DNA of 64,000 nucleotides, taken from assembly GCA_964438295.1 (NCBI GenBank), contig CAYTKR010000011.1, forward strand, positions 2,782 to 66,781. The letters run 5' to 3'. The notes below the pieces were generated by a model, which saw only the letters and a program-made list of their open reading frames with translations, ran no database searches and was not told the DNA's origin. Shown piece after piece: positions 1 to 10,080 of this stretch. The DNA comes from an uncultured Anaerolineales bacterium. Its GTDB lineage: Bacteria > Chloroflexota > Anaerolineae > Anaerolineales > UBA11858. The position numbers were made by a program, and so were the translations under genes. Within the stretch, counting starts at the first letter, position 1. Every line of letters starts with the position of its first letter.

Positions 1-525
1 TCGAAGCCACTGCTAACCAACCTGACGTTGATTGCGTTTGCATTCGCCGCGCTGGTTAATTTCAACTTCATCCAGCGTAGTTCGGATTATCTCAAGCGCT
101 GGTTGCTGCTCGAACAACCACTCTTCGTCGAGGGCAATAAGGAAATCACCCGCATCGGCCTGGCAGTACGCAAAATCACTACCCCTGAAGCCAGCGTTGC
201 CGTAGTCACAGCGGGATCAATTCCCTACTTCGCCGACCGTCCGGCCATCGACTTACTGGGGAAAAACGACGCTTACATCGCTCATTTGCCCAGCCATACT
301 TCTTCTTCCCTGGAGGATATCCGGCCTGGGCATATGAAGTGGGATTATGATTATTCGATTGGCCAGCTCAAACCCGATATGATCGTGCAGCTTTGGGGTG
401 ACAAAGAAATCGCATACGACTATATCGAGAAATATTACACTGTAGTAGAGGTCGATGGGATGCTATTCTCTGCCCGAAGCGATTCTCCCCACATTTTGTG
501 GGAGCACGTTGATGCGACCCCTTAG
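1..525 (+). CDS. Membrane glycosyltransferase-like (GT-C-type) protein, C-terminal part (5'-truncated by window)
   Basis: Frame open from base 1. End of a TM helix followed by AGSIPYF..IDLLGKND..RPGH, typical of extracytoplasmic tails of GT-C-like proteins. Confidence 0.5.
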   Translation, partial: SKPLLTNLTLIAFAFAALVNFNFIQRSSDYLKRWLLLEQPLFVEGNKEITRIGLAVRKITTPEASVAVVTAGSIPYFADRPAIDLLGKNDAYIAHLPSHTSSSLEDIRPGHMKWDYDYSIGQLKPDMIVQLWGDKEIAYDYIEKYYTVVEVDGMLFSARSDSPHILWEHVDATP

Positions 526-1526
526 GTGATTGCTGCACCCCAACTGACCACTCTTCCCGAACGACCAGATTCATGCGCCGCCATAGCCAATTTTTGCGCC
601 CAAATGCCGTCATCCAGGGTACAGACAGGTTGTACTTCCGCGCGCATCACGGCCAACAAATGCGCCATCTGATCCAGGAACATGGTGTTACGCTCAAACC
701 CCTCGGGAGCAGTAAATACTTCCCAATCACCCGATGAAACCGTAAAAACACTCAGCGTGTTATCTTTGATATCCACACGCAGCGTTCCCTGGGTACCAGT
801 GATTTCAAGCTGATGAGTATAGGGGTGCTGCATATAGCTCAAATGAATGGACCCCAATGCGCCACTAGCAAAGCGCAATCCGATTTCAGCTACCGCTTCG
901 ACATCGATCTCTAGTTCCTTTACAGGAGTAGAGAAAGCCCACAAAGATTCCACATCGCCCATCAGCCAGCGCAAATAATCCAATGGGTGCGTGGTCAACG
1001 TCAGGATCACCCCGCCACCTAAATCCGTCCGGGCGCTGAAGCCCTTGCGATAATCCTCCCAGGGGTGCCAACTGGGCAAATACTCCCCCCAATTGACCTG
1101 CACAGACAGCGGACGTCCAATCGCCTCATCAGACAGAAGCGCAGCGGCCTGCTGCAATAGCGGATGGTAGCGGAATTGGAAGCCCACCAATACCTGGCTG
1201 CCCCCCTGCTTGACGGCAGCTTTCAAATCCTCGACACCGTCCATAGAATGCGAAATGGGCTTTTCCAGCAGCAAGTTGCAACCTGCCTCCGCCGCGGGGA
1301 TAGCCACATCCAGATGTAAAGAGGTCGGGTTCGAGACAATCACCGCATCCGGCTTGTGCGATAACGCCGCCTGGATGTCGGTTTCGACAGGATAGTCGCT
1401 GATCTCATCATCAGATAATGTGCTCTGCTTGCTGCGCAGGAATAGAAAATCACGTTCTCCCAATGTATACAAATTCCTGAAATGCCGCCGTCCAATAGAA
1501 CCAAACCCCGCAATAAGGAATTTCAC
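522..1526 (-). CDS. Gfo/Idh/MocA family oxidoreductase
   Basis: GFGSIGRRH Rossmann motif, LLEKP, GGGV..THPLD. GTG start at 1526 overlaps the upstream stop (GTGA); the ORF-track start at 1628 is probably too long. Confidence 0.88.
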   Translation of the reverse strand: MKFLIAGFGSIGRRHFRNLYTLGERDFLFLRSKQSTLSDDEISDYPVETDIQAALSHKPDAVIVSNPTSLHLDVAIPAAEAGCNLLLEKPISHSMDGVEDLKAAVKQGGSQVLVGFQFRYHPLLQQAAALLSDEAIGRPLSVQVNWGEYLPSWHPWEDYRKGFSARTDLGGGVILTLTTHPLDYLRWLMGDVESLWAFSTPVKELEIDVEAVAEIGLRFASGALGSIHLSYMQHPYTHQLEITGTQGTLRVDIKDNTLSVFTVSSGDWEVFTAPEGFERNTMFLDQMAHLLAVMRAEVQPVCTLDDGIWAQKLAMAAHESGRSGRVVSWGAAIT

Positions 1527-2992
1527 TCTGACCCTCCTCTCCGATCCACGCCACCGCCATTCTTTTGCAACAGGGACAGCAAGAAGTTTGCCGTTACCAC
1601 CCCCGCAGTGCCATCGGTGAAAGTACATTCGCGCGCCAGGAACTCGACTCTGGCCTGATGATCTGCCATAGGATCGTCCAAGTAACGGTTGATGGCGTTC
1701 TTCAGCTCGGTCGCGTTTTGCGCTTCTCGACCCGCTCCAGATTCTCGAAAACGCAGGTGCGTAGGCCAGCCACCAATTTTTGTCAAGGGCAACGTGAATT
1801 TACCAGGCCAACCCTCCGGAGAATCGATACACAAGCTGATAACCGGTGTTCCGAAGGTAGATGCTTCCACAACCATCGTAGAATAAACCGTCACCATCAC
1901 ATCCGAATATGCCATCATGGAAGATTTCTCCGGCATATCTTCGCCAGAGTAGTAACTCATCCCACCTGCTCCCAGGGGTACCGGCTCGACCACATGGACA
2001 TGCGGCAGGTTTTGCGCCATTAACAGGATTTTCTCGCGCTCCCCTGCAAAACGAGGCGTTTCCATGAAGTGTGTGGGGTGCAGACGGATCAACAATTGTG
2101 CCGGCTGAGACAACTGGTCTGAGGACACTAATTTTGCCAGGGCTTCAACATTCTGGAGATTTGGCGAAAAGGATACAAAACTACTGGCATATGAGATCAA
2201 CTTGCGTTCAGGGTCTAAGCCGTGCAATTGGAAATATTCTTCACGCGGCATCAACCAGGCTTCTCTGAAATAACCATCATAGGATGGAATCCCCCCAATG
2301 TTCACGCGCCCTGGGGACCAGTCTGCGCCTCGGGTCAGTTCTTCCTTCTGGATCTCCGACCAACACGAAATCCAGTCTACCGAGGCTCCAGGCAAACTAT
2401 AGCTGCTGGAGTTGTCCCATCCTACGATCACGGCCGCAGTTGTCACCCCTCGAGCAGCTGCCTCGCGTAGCAAATAGCGGTCGTATCGCCAACCCGGTGT
2501 GCTGGCCACGACCAAATCTGGATGATACTTCTCGAACAGATCCGCATATAGATTAGGGTTGTAGCGGTTCTGGAACTGAACCAAGGCACGCCTGGCCAAG
2601 CGACTATTTCGCAATATGGCGATCACGATCTTCATCAACGGGAACAGAGCTTTACGTTTGGCGTGGGCTTCATCTTCGACCTGGCTGACAAAACCCCTCA
2701 CCGCTTCTAAGTTGATGTGATTGGAAGCCCCCGCCCGCCGCAAGAAATGCAGCCACCATTGGGATGAAGGGCTTTCACGTCGCTCGTAGGCGCTCGCCTG
2801 TTCCAATCGCAAGTTTTCGATGATCAATCCCAGTCGTCCAAAGCGTTGCTCAATTTGAGACTTGAGGGCATCATCCGTAAGCAAAACAACTTCAATCCCA
2901 GATTCGATGATGGAAGAGATGACATCGCTTTGTAAGAAGTATATGGCGGCCAATCCATGATCGGCGCAAATAAAAATTCGTTTTAACGGCAT
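1523..2992 (-). CDS. GT-B protein, CDP-glycerol glycerophosphotransferase / ulosonic acid transferase-like
   Basis: GWDN, IRLHP and SDVMVTVYSTMVVEA motifs, TagF/sialyltransferase-like GT-B C-terminal domain. Confidence 0.6.
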   Translation of the reverse strand: MPLKRIFICADHGLAAIYFLQSDVISSIIESGIEVVLLTDDALKSQIEQRFGRLGLIIENLRLEQASAYERRESPSSQWWLHFLRRAGASNHINLEAVRGFVSQVEDEAHAKRKALFPLMKIVIAILRNSRLARRALVQFQNRYNPNLYADLFEKYHPDLVVASTPGWRYDRYLLREAAARGVTTAAVIVGWDNSSSYSLPGASVDWISCWSEIQKEELTRGADWSPGRVNIGGIPSYDGYFREAWLMPREEYFQLHGLDPERKLISYASSFVSFSPNLQNVEALAKLVSSDQLSQPAQLLIRLHPTHFMETPRFAGEREKILLMAQNLPHVHVVEPVPLGAGGMSYYSGEDMPEKSSMMAYSDVMVTVYSTMVVEASTFGTPVISLCIDSPEGWPGKFTLPLTKIGGWPTHLRFRESGAGREAQNATELKNAINRYLDDPMADHQARVEFLARECTFTDGTAGVVTANFLLSLLQKNGGGVDRRGGSE

Positions 2993-3021
2993 AAGGTTTT
3001 TCGCTACACAGCTGCCTTCGG

Positions 3022-3981
3022 TTATCTATGCAAGAACTCAAAGAGTCGATGATAAGTCCAATACAGGAAATCCTCGACAAGTCGCATTTTCAGGATCCAG
3101 GGCCGGTTGCTCTCTCTTCCTTTCAGGTTAATCTGAGCTTCCCTGTCCTTGAATTCGTCTTCAGAGAGCCGGTTGCCCAAATGCTGTACCCACCATTCGG
3201 GTGTGGTGAGTCGCAAGAAGCCGCGCTCGTTAATGGCCACATCCAAGAGGCGAACTTGCCCCATTGGACGATTATTAGGAATAGGCAGAACACTTTGAAA
3301 GGCCTTCTTGTACCCCACGAACTGAAAATGGCCTGCGCCCACATAATACTGTTTGTTATGAAATGTTAATCGGATATCTTCGACCTCAGAGAAGAATTCG
3401 CGTACTTGCTCTTCCTCTCCACCAAGGCTGCGAGCGTGACGCCAGTGGTCGTCCCAGTCGATGAAATTTCCTCGCTCGATTTCGATATCCGGATGATCTT
3501 CAGCCCACTGGATAGTGCTGGTGGAAAACTCCTCGGGACTCCACATAGGCATTCCTGTGACCATGCCCATATTTGGGAATTCATCAAGAACGGATAGCTG
3601 TGCTGAAAGCCAGCCTGGGTAGTAATAGACATCACTGTCCGCATAAGCAATGATCTCGCCGGGCGCTGCCCCAAAAATGACATTCCAGGCACCGGCTTTA
3701 CCGACATTCTCATCTGAAAGCATCAGATATTGGATACGACCTTGCTCTTGAATTTCATGCAGGTAGTGTCTTACTTCATGACAACTGGCATTATCGAAGA
3801 CCATCAAATCATAGGGTTGGTCAGTATTCTCCCAAATGCTGTTCAATGTAAGCTTCAAAATTTCCAAACTCTGCTCGAAATAGCCGCTCAACAAGGGGAT
3901 GTAAACGATCGTTGCGACGGTTACTCTTGCAGGCTGATGCCCCTCTTCAATAAATTTGGCAGGATTTTGACCTACACGCAC
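3022..3981 (-). CDS. Glycosyltransferase family 2 (MRVGQNP paralog 1)
   Basis: VFDNAS, NVGKAGAWN and YADSD (DxD) motifs. Confidence 0.85.
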   Translation of the reverse strand: MRVGQNPAKFIEEGHQPARVTVATIVYIPLLSGYFEQSLEILKLTLNSIWENTDQPYDLMVFDNASCHEVRHYLHEIQEQGRIQYLMLSDENVGKAGAWNVIFGAAPGEIIAYADSDVYYYPGWLSAQLSVLDEFPNMGMVTGMPMWSPEEFSTSTIQWAEDHPDIEIERGNFIDWDDHWRHARSLGGEEEQVREFFSEVEDIRLTFHNKQYYVGAGHFQFVGYKKAFQSVLPIPNNRPMGQVRLLDVAINERGFLRLTTPEWWVQHLGNRLSEDEFKDREAQINLKGRESNRPWILKMRLVEDFLYWTYHRLFEFLHR

Positions 3982-3983
3982 AA

Positions 3984-6194
3984 CTAAAGCTCCAATCCAG
4001 ATTGCGATTTCAAAGCCAGATTCCAGGAAGAGAAATCGCCATTAGCCATTCGGTCCAAGAAGAGCACAACTGTCATCCAACCCATCAACCTGAGTTGAAT
4101 CCCAATCGAGGCTGCATGACGTTCCACCTCGATAGGGTTGCCATGCCATACAATGAACATCATCGGGTAGAGACTGATGAGCAAAACAGCAACCATTATC
4201 CAACCCGGTTGCAGTGACCCTTTGTCAAGAATATATTGGATCACACCCAAGAGAGAGATAGCGACAAAAATGAATACTAGAAATAGATCCCGCGGATAGA
4301 ACCGCTGTGAAAGTTCAGTCAATTCCAACGGAATCGTTGGGACTGCATAGCGCGGCTGATGGTACTCGATGTTGTTGCCACTCAAGATCGTGGGAAGATG
4401 ATGAAATGGGTCAAAGATTGACTCGACGGGGCGAGAAAGCAGGTAGCGTATGTAGGTTGATACACCCTCTGAATCTATCCAATCTCGTACTGCTGCCATT
4501 TCAGGGTCACTCGAGATGTATTCGTGGAACTCATGCCCCGGCATTTCGCTGATCCCCAGTAAGGATTCGCTGACAGGCAAACCAGCCTCCGCAAAGAAAT
4601 CTAAGGCATCATGATTCGGGAGAATGCGATGAGCCAGATGGTCAAAAAGATGGATTTGCCAGAGATTACTGATATTGAACGAAGCATTTTTCAAGAGAAC
4701 AACGCCCAGGAACAAAAACAAATATCCGAAATAATACACTTTGCTCAAATTGGATACTTTGCCCAAGAAACCTGCAATTGGGAATAATAAGGCTCCAAAA
4801 ATCACAAAGTACTGATTGCTCTCGCGCGAGAATACATACAATATCGTTATGACTAAAGTCAGGAATAGGAGACCTGCCTGAATGAGATGACCCTTTGATT
4901 TTTGCGAAGCCGCATTCCAGAATATCCATACTGCGATCAGCAGGGCAAACAGTGAAAACGAGGTAGATTCGGAGAGCACCAAACTATCCCAAATCGATAT
5001 CTCCAGATTCAGACTGAAATACAGAAATAATCCAAATACGATGGGCCTGATCCACAGCTTACACATCCGCTGCGATAGTGCGAATGCCAGGGTACCCCAG
5101 GCTAAGACCGAAAACCAATATTGAAATTGCACCAGATCATGAATCTGCGCAGAATCAGTGTAATTGCTTGGATTAAGACCAAAATATTTAAGGGCTAACG
5201 GGAATGTGAAGGGTCGTATTCCAGCCCAAAAATCGAGCGAGTCGAGTGGTGCATTGGCAGTTTCGACATACCAGGCTGTATCACGAAAAACTCTCTCGGC
5301 GCTGAACTCCAAATAGGAAAACTTGGCATCCAAAAAACTTACAAATACCACGATATAAGCCAGAAAAAGCGAAGCTCGCACCACAGGAGATCGCGGCCAG
5401 CGAACATCAACTGCTATACCAATTATTATCAAAATCGAAAGCAAAGCCGCAAAATAAAGCAGTTGAACAATGACTCTTTCAAGTAGCCAGGCAGACTGAG
5501 AGCTACCGCGGATCACATGATCCATAGAAACACTCTGAGATGCAAAGAGATCATATGTTGTGCCTTCGCCATCCCAAGTTATTTCTACACGACCCGCGTC
5601 GATATTGTGCCTGATGTTCAACACAACGCCCCCTGGCATCCGCCCCGACAACTCGGCGACAGAATGCGCTTGATCTCCGCTGGAAATCAAAGTGTCCCCA
5701 ACAATCTGCCAATCTCCTGACAACTCAAAATCCTGTAAAACTACGGGGCTACCATCGAAGTAACTCAATCTACGGATCTCAACAATACTCCCCAGCGATT
5801 GAACATGATTTGAACCTGTGGAGATGATCTGTAAATTGTGTTGTCGTGGAATCGCGGGTAAGGCAAGCGGAAATAGGATAAGGATCAATACGCTAATCGC
5901 GGCGCATGTTAACAGTAATGAGCGGCGCTCAACTTTAGAAATTTTCTCAAAGCCCGTATCGAGAATAGATTTCACGAGAAATAAAGCAAATAGAAATATC
6001 CCCGGCAGAAAGATCAGGCTTTTGTAGTACGCACGAATTGAAAATTCGCCATATCGATTCCCAAAGAATATCGCCACGGCGAATAACCACCAGGAGATCG
6101 AAATAGCCCCAAGCGAGGACAAATAGAGTCCCAGGTTCCACCTTTCATTGGGCAATATTCGATTGGAAAAATCTTTTAGAATCTCTCTCGACAT
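3984..6194 (-). CDS. Polytopic membrane protein, putative GT-C glycosyltransferase
   Basis: Many TM segments, FRDTAWY..GIRPFTFP acidic loop, LSESTS and SRESN motifs. The N-terminal part has an extracellular beta domain. Confidence 0.55.
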   Translation of the reverse strand: MSREILKDFSNRILPNERWNLGLYLSSLGAISISWWLFAVAIFFGNRYGEFSIRAYYKSLIFLPGIFLFALFLVKSILDTGFEKISKVERRSLLLTCAAISVLILILFPLALPAIPRQHNLQIISTGSNHVQSLGSIVEIRRLSYFDGSPVVLQDFELSGDWQIVGDTLISSGDQAHSVAELSGRMPGGVVLNIRHNIDAGRVEITWDGEGTTYDLFASQSVSMDHVIRGSSQSAWLLERVIVQLLYFAALLSILIIIGIAVDVRWPRSPVVRASLFLAYIVVFVSFLDAKFSYLEFSAERVFRDTAWYVETANAPLDSLDFWAGIRPFTFPLALKYFGLNPSNYTDSAQIHDLVQFQYWFSVLAWGTLAFALSQRMCKLWIRPIVFGLFLYFSLNLEISIWDSLVLSESTSFSLFALLIAVWIFWNAASQKSKGHLIQAGLLFLTLVITILYVFSRESNQYFVIFGALLFPIAGFLGKVSNLSKVYYFGYLFLFLGVVLLKNASFNISNLWQIHLFDHLAHRILPNHDALDFFAEAGLPVSESLLGISEMPGHEFHEYISSDPEMAAVRDWIDSEGVSTYIRYLLSRPVESIFDPFHHLPTILSGNNIEYHQPRYAVPTIPLELTELSQRFYPRDLFLVFIFVAISLLGVIQYILDKGSLQPGWIMVAVLLISLYPMMFIVWHGNPIEVERHAASIGIQLRLMGWMTVVLFLDRMANGDFSSWNLALKSQSGLEL

Positions 6195-6195
6195 T

Positions 6196-7230
6196 TCATC
6201 CTTCGTCAGAATATAAGGTATCGAAAAAGGTTATATATAACCAATTGACCAAGAATTTAAATTTTGGAGATCGCCTGATGAGTTTTGTCAGCAGTTTCAC
6301 AGAAAGGGATCGCATTTTCGAGCGATGCTGAACATGACCCGGCCCTTTGAAGGAAATTCCACTTTTGAGCATTAGTTCATCAACCTCAACCATATGCTGA
6401 CCTTGCAAGGTATTCCCCAAGTGATATACCAGTGCATCTGGCAGAGAAAGCTGCAAATATCCCAACGTTTCCATACGCCGATTGATCTCGGCATCATCGG
6501 ATGAATCTAAGACATGGGTAACTGGCAGCGGAACCAGTTTGCGGGCTAAGTTTTTGTGGAGCATGAACTGCATATGGGTCGATCCAACAACAGCTTGCAC
6601 CCCGGTTTTGAGTTTGGTTGCCACTTGCAAGCGATTGTTTGCCAAACGCTGCCTGACGTCTTCAGATGCACCGATTCCTGTGCAATACTCAGCCAAGGCA
6701 TCTGTAAAGGGTTCTACTTCAGAGAGACGCACACCGCTCATATTCGAAATCTGGCTGGTAGTTTCACTGACACCTGGGATGTGATCGTAAAACGCGGGTT
6801 GAGCGCTGACCATACCCACACGTTCAAAAGAATCAAATATCTCCAGGCTACGCTCCACCCAATTTGACCTGAAAAGCACATCGCTGTCTGAATAGGCAAG
6901 GTATTCGTTTGGCATGGCCGAAAAAATCCAATTCATGGCACCGGTTTTGCCCAAATTGTGCTTCGATAGAATCAGCCAGTCGATGATGCCCGCGGCATAT
7001 TGATCCTTCAAAAAATTAGAGATCTCTTCGCAACTATTGTTATCGAATACCAGGATATCAGCCTCATCTCCAACGGTTTGCCGTATCGAATGCAAATGCA
7101 CTTCGATAACGTCTTTCGCTTCTCGAAAGAACCCTTCTAGCACAGGGGCAAAGGTGATCGAGGCTACTCCCAGGGACTTCGGCGAATAGACTGGATAACG
7201 ATTCTTGACTGGGTTAATTCCTACACGCAT
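6196..7230 (-). CDS. Glycosyltransferase family 2 (MRVGINP paralog 2)
   Basis: VFDNNS, NLGKTGAMN, YSDSD. Confidence 0.85.
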   Translation of the reverse strand: MRVGINPVKNRYPVYSPKSLGVASITFAPVLEGFFREAKDVIEVHLHSIRQTVGDEADILVFDNNSCEEISNFLKDQYAAGIIDWLILSKHNLGKTGAMNWIFSAMPNEYLAYSDSDVLFRSNWVERSLEIFDSFERVGMVSAQPAFYDHIPGVSETTSQISNMSGVRLSEVEPFTDALAEYCTGIGASEDVRQRLANNRLQVATKLKTGVQAVVGSTHMQFMLHKNLARKLVPLPVTHVLDSSDDAEINRRMETLGYLQLSLPDALVYHLGNTLQGQHMVEVDELMLKSGISFKGPGHVQHRSKMRSLSVKLLTKLIRRSPKFKFLVNWLYITFFDTLYSDEG

Positions 7231-7330
7231 GGAATTCTACTTATCCTGGTTTCCATACTGGGACTCGGGGATTTCCCGTGGTGATCTACCAACTTCCACG
7301 GCAATTCCTAGAGAGCCTCGATACCTGAAA

Positions 7331-8290
7331 TCAATCCTTTGCTCTGTTAAAATACAATTGAAATATCCGGTGATAGGCAACCATGAGCAATCGTTTTAAG
7401 GGAGGCCAATCCCAAACTCGTTTTTCATGGTGCAGAGTGCGATCATCGTGTGAATTCTGGTCCACGTCTGCAGGGATCACGTTCCCCATGTGCAGCACCA
7501 AAGGCTCACTGACCATCAAGCGCAAATATCCCAAATCATTGAGCTTTTCGTCCAAAGTGCGCACCTGACCCATAGGTTTATCCATCTCGAAGGGGAGCAA
7601 AGATTGTAGCACCCGTTTTTTGGCTATGAATTGAAAATGGGCAGCACCCGCATACGCAGTCAACCCATTGTAGGCCAATCGCCAGTCATAGCTTTCCTGG
7701 AACCATTCTTCAGTCTGTTCTACCGAGACGCCACAGCTCAAGGTATGTTCGGAAAATACGTCCCACGAGAGGAATTTTCCTTTCTCTAATACAACTTCAC
7801 TATGCTGATCAGCCCACTCTAATGTCTTGGAAAAATAGCGTTCTTTGCTGCGCAGTGGACGGCTTGTCACCATGCCGGTATTTGGAAAACCTCCAAGCAA
7901 TTTCAATGATTCTGACAGCCAGCCCTTGCGGTAATAAATATCGCTATCCGCGTAGGCAATGATCTCTCCAGGCGCCGCGCCAAAGATGAAATTCCATGCG
8001 CCTCCCTTGCCAATGTTACGATCAGAGAGAGTCAAATATTGGATGTTGCCTTTGGTAAATTGATCTTCAAGGAATGCGCGTGTTTCACCCCCACTGGCAT
8101 TGTCGAATACCAGCAAATCGTATGGCTCTGAGGTGTTCACACGCATACTACGCAAACTGAGTTTCAGTACATCCAAACTCTGAGCGTAGTACCCACTCAG
8201 GAAGGGAATATTCGTGACAACCGCCACGGTGACTTTATGGGGTTTCTCTACTTGCTGAAGAGATTTGGCTGGGTTTTGACCAACACGCAT
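7331..8290 (-). CDS. Glycosyltransferase family 2 (MRVGQNP paralog 3)
   Basis: VFDNAS, NIGKGGAWN, YADSD. Close paralog of 3022-3981. Confidence 0.85.
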   Translation of the reverse strand: MRVGQNPAKSLQQVEKPHKVTVAVVTNIPFLSGYYAQSLDVLKLSLRSMRVNTSEPYDLLVFDNASGGETRAFLEDQFTKGNIQYLTLSDRNIGKGGAWNFIFGAAPGEIIAYADSDIYYRKGWLSESLKLLGGFPNTGMVTSRPLRSKERYFSKTLEWADQHSEVVLEKGKFLSWDVFSEHTLSCGVSVEQTEEWFQESYDWRLAYNGLTAYAGAAHFQFIAKKRVLQSLLPFEMDKPMGQVRTLDEKLNDLGYLRLMVSEPLVLHMGNVIPADVDQNSHDDRTLHHEKRVWDWPPLKRLLMVAYHRIFQLYFNRAKD

Positions 8291-8303
8291 TTTGAGTTCT
8301 CAG

Positions 8304-9173
8304 CTACTTTATGGGCACCCATGCCCGATTGGGAAATATTTTCTGAAGTAACCGCCGCCTTAGCATCCCCAGCTGTCGTTTGACATTGACAAACCGCTCT
8401 ACAAGTACCCGATAATCATTGAACCCTTCTTGGGGTTTCACCAAAACCGTCAAATACAATGGCAAAAGCTTCGAGCGAGGCTGGCCATGTTTCTTGATAG
8501 CGACAACTTCGTACCCAGCTTTGCGAAACACCTCGCTTAGGGTATGCGCGCTGAAGCAGGTCATGTGCGCGATTTCGAAGCTGTCATGGGCGTAGAGATT
8601 TGGCACTTCGATCAGAAGCCACCCAGAGGGAGTCAGGTACTCCTTTTTGATCGTAGAAAGAAATCCTACGGGATCAGCCAAATGCTCCAATACGTGCGCC
8701 ATGCTAATCATGTCGAACTCTGAATTTTCGTCTATGTCAGACAGATCTGCAAACACGGTCAAACCCTGGCTGTGGGCATATTCTCGATATGCTTCTCCAG
8801 GCTCCACTCCAACTACTTGACAATCGAATCGGTCTCGAAAATGGTTCAAGAGGATGCCCGATGAGCAGCCAATATCCAAGCATTTGGTGGGTTTGACTTT
8901 GGACTGAGATAAAAAGCCTAACAGCGATTCAGCGCGTCCATTTTGCACAAAAAGATCTTTTTGGGTTGGCCCCTCATCGCCCTGGTACACCTGGCGGTAC
9001 TCACTTTCATAAAAATCGTCTAATTCGACTGCCGTCATGCGGGGGGATTGGAACACCAGCCCACAGTTCCCACAAAGCCGGTTGACAACTTGATGTCCGC
9101 GAAATTGACGTCTGTCAAAATGGGAGCTTCGCTCACTATGGCATAGGGGGCAGATAATTACTTCTTCAGGCAT
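8304..9173 (-). CDS. Class I SAM-dependent methyltransferase with N-terminal Zn-binding motif
   Basis: CPLC...CGNCG, LDIGCSSG, HVLEH, IEVPN. Confidence 0.88.
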   Translation of the reverse strand: MPEEVIICPLCHSERSSHFDRRQFRGHQVVNRLCGNCGLVFQSPRMTAVELDDFYESEYRQVYQGDEGPTQKDLFVQNGRAESLLGFLSQSKVKPTKCLDIGCSSGILLNHFRDRFDCQVVGVEPGEAYREYAHSQGLTVFADLSDIDENSEFDMISMAHVLEHLADPVGFLSTIKKEYLTPSGWLLIEVPNLYAHDSFEIAHMTCFSAHTLSEVFRKAGYEVVAIKKHGQPRSKLLPLYLTVLVKPQEGFNDYRVLVERFVNVKRQLGMLRRRLLQKIFPNRAWVPIK

Positions 9174-9189
9174 TCTTCACCTTAATTGG

Positions 9190-10077
9190 CTATACAAATT
9201 TGCTCCGCAGACGGCGCAAGCGCAATGTCAACGACCAACGGATGCCTTGCTGCTCTGGAGAATACACCAATCGTTCGAGCCTGCGCAGGAAACGAGCTGG
9301 GGTAAAACGAGCTTTGCGTACCTTTCCATTCACAATCTCGTGGCTGGCATCCAATACCAAGTACATGTTCTGCATTCCACCCCCTAAAGCAGCATTGATC
9401 TTGGTCTCTTCGAGGTTGTAGTGCGGCATCCCATCAGGCAGGTGGGCATAATCGTGATTCTGGTGGGCAACGAAAATCGATTCACTGGCATCGATTACGG
9501 GCCAGTTTTGCTGAAGTCCCTGGTAAATCATCCAATTATCCCAGCCTGCCCTCCCAATGGCAAAATCGGGAATCTGCTTAAAAACGCTGCGCGAGATGAT
9601 GAAATAATCACTTCCCGCAGGAGCGTGAATGCTTCCTTTTTCAAGGACCTGGCTGCGTAATTCAGAGGCCCAATTGGCATCGAAAGCTAATGGCCGGTCG
9701 ATATCTACATCCCAACGACGGCCTACGATCAGAAATTTATCTGCCTGCGCTTCAACCTGGCGTGAGACTCCCACAAAATCCGGCATCAACAAGACATCGG
9801 CATTGACGTAAGCCATCACAGGAGTCTGGCTCGCTTCACGAGCCAGGCCAAAAATTGAACTTACCAGCGGTGTGCCCCATTCGTTCCTGGCGACATTGGG
9901 TAGATGCCGCATACTGTACTCTTGGGCTACATCGGCCAATCCTTCTTCATCACCGATCAAAATCACCTCAACATCATCCGATAGATGCTGCCAGGATTGA
10001 AGCGCATTGCGTTGGATGATGTTTATATGGGGATCAGTAAAGGGTTTTGGAGCAGAGAAGATCGTCAGAAATGGCAT
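9190..10077 (-). CDS. GT-A fold glycosyltransferase-like protein
   Basis: YVNADVLL, GRRWD, GSDYF, IGRAGWDNW and HQNH motifs. Confidence 0.65.
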   Translation of the reverse strand: MPFLTIFSAPKPFTDPHINIIQRNALQSWQHLSDDVEVILIGDEEGLADVAQEYSMRHLPNVARNEWGTPLVSSIFGLAREASQTPVMAYVNADVLLMPDFVGVSRQVEAQADKFLIVGRRWDVDIDRPLAFDANWASELRSQVLEKGSIHAPAGSDYFIISRSVFKQIPDFAIGRAGWDNWMIYQGLQQNWPVIDASESIFVAHQNHDYAHLPDGMPHYNLEETKINAALGGGMQNMYLVLDASHEIVNGKVRKARFTPARFLRRLERLVYSPEQQGIRWSLTLRLRRLRSKFV

Positions 10078-10080
10078 TGT

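Noticed and set aside
7269-7308. Weak hairpin ggatttcccgtgg...ccacggcaattcc
   Set aside because: Only 13 bp with two mismatches and a 14-nt loop, so it could be chance or a decayed copy.
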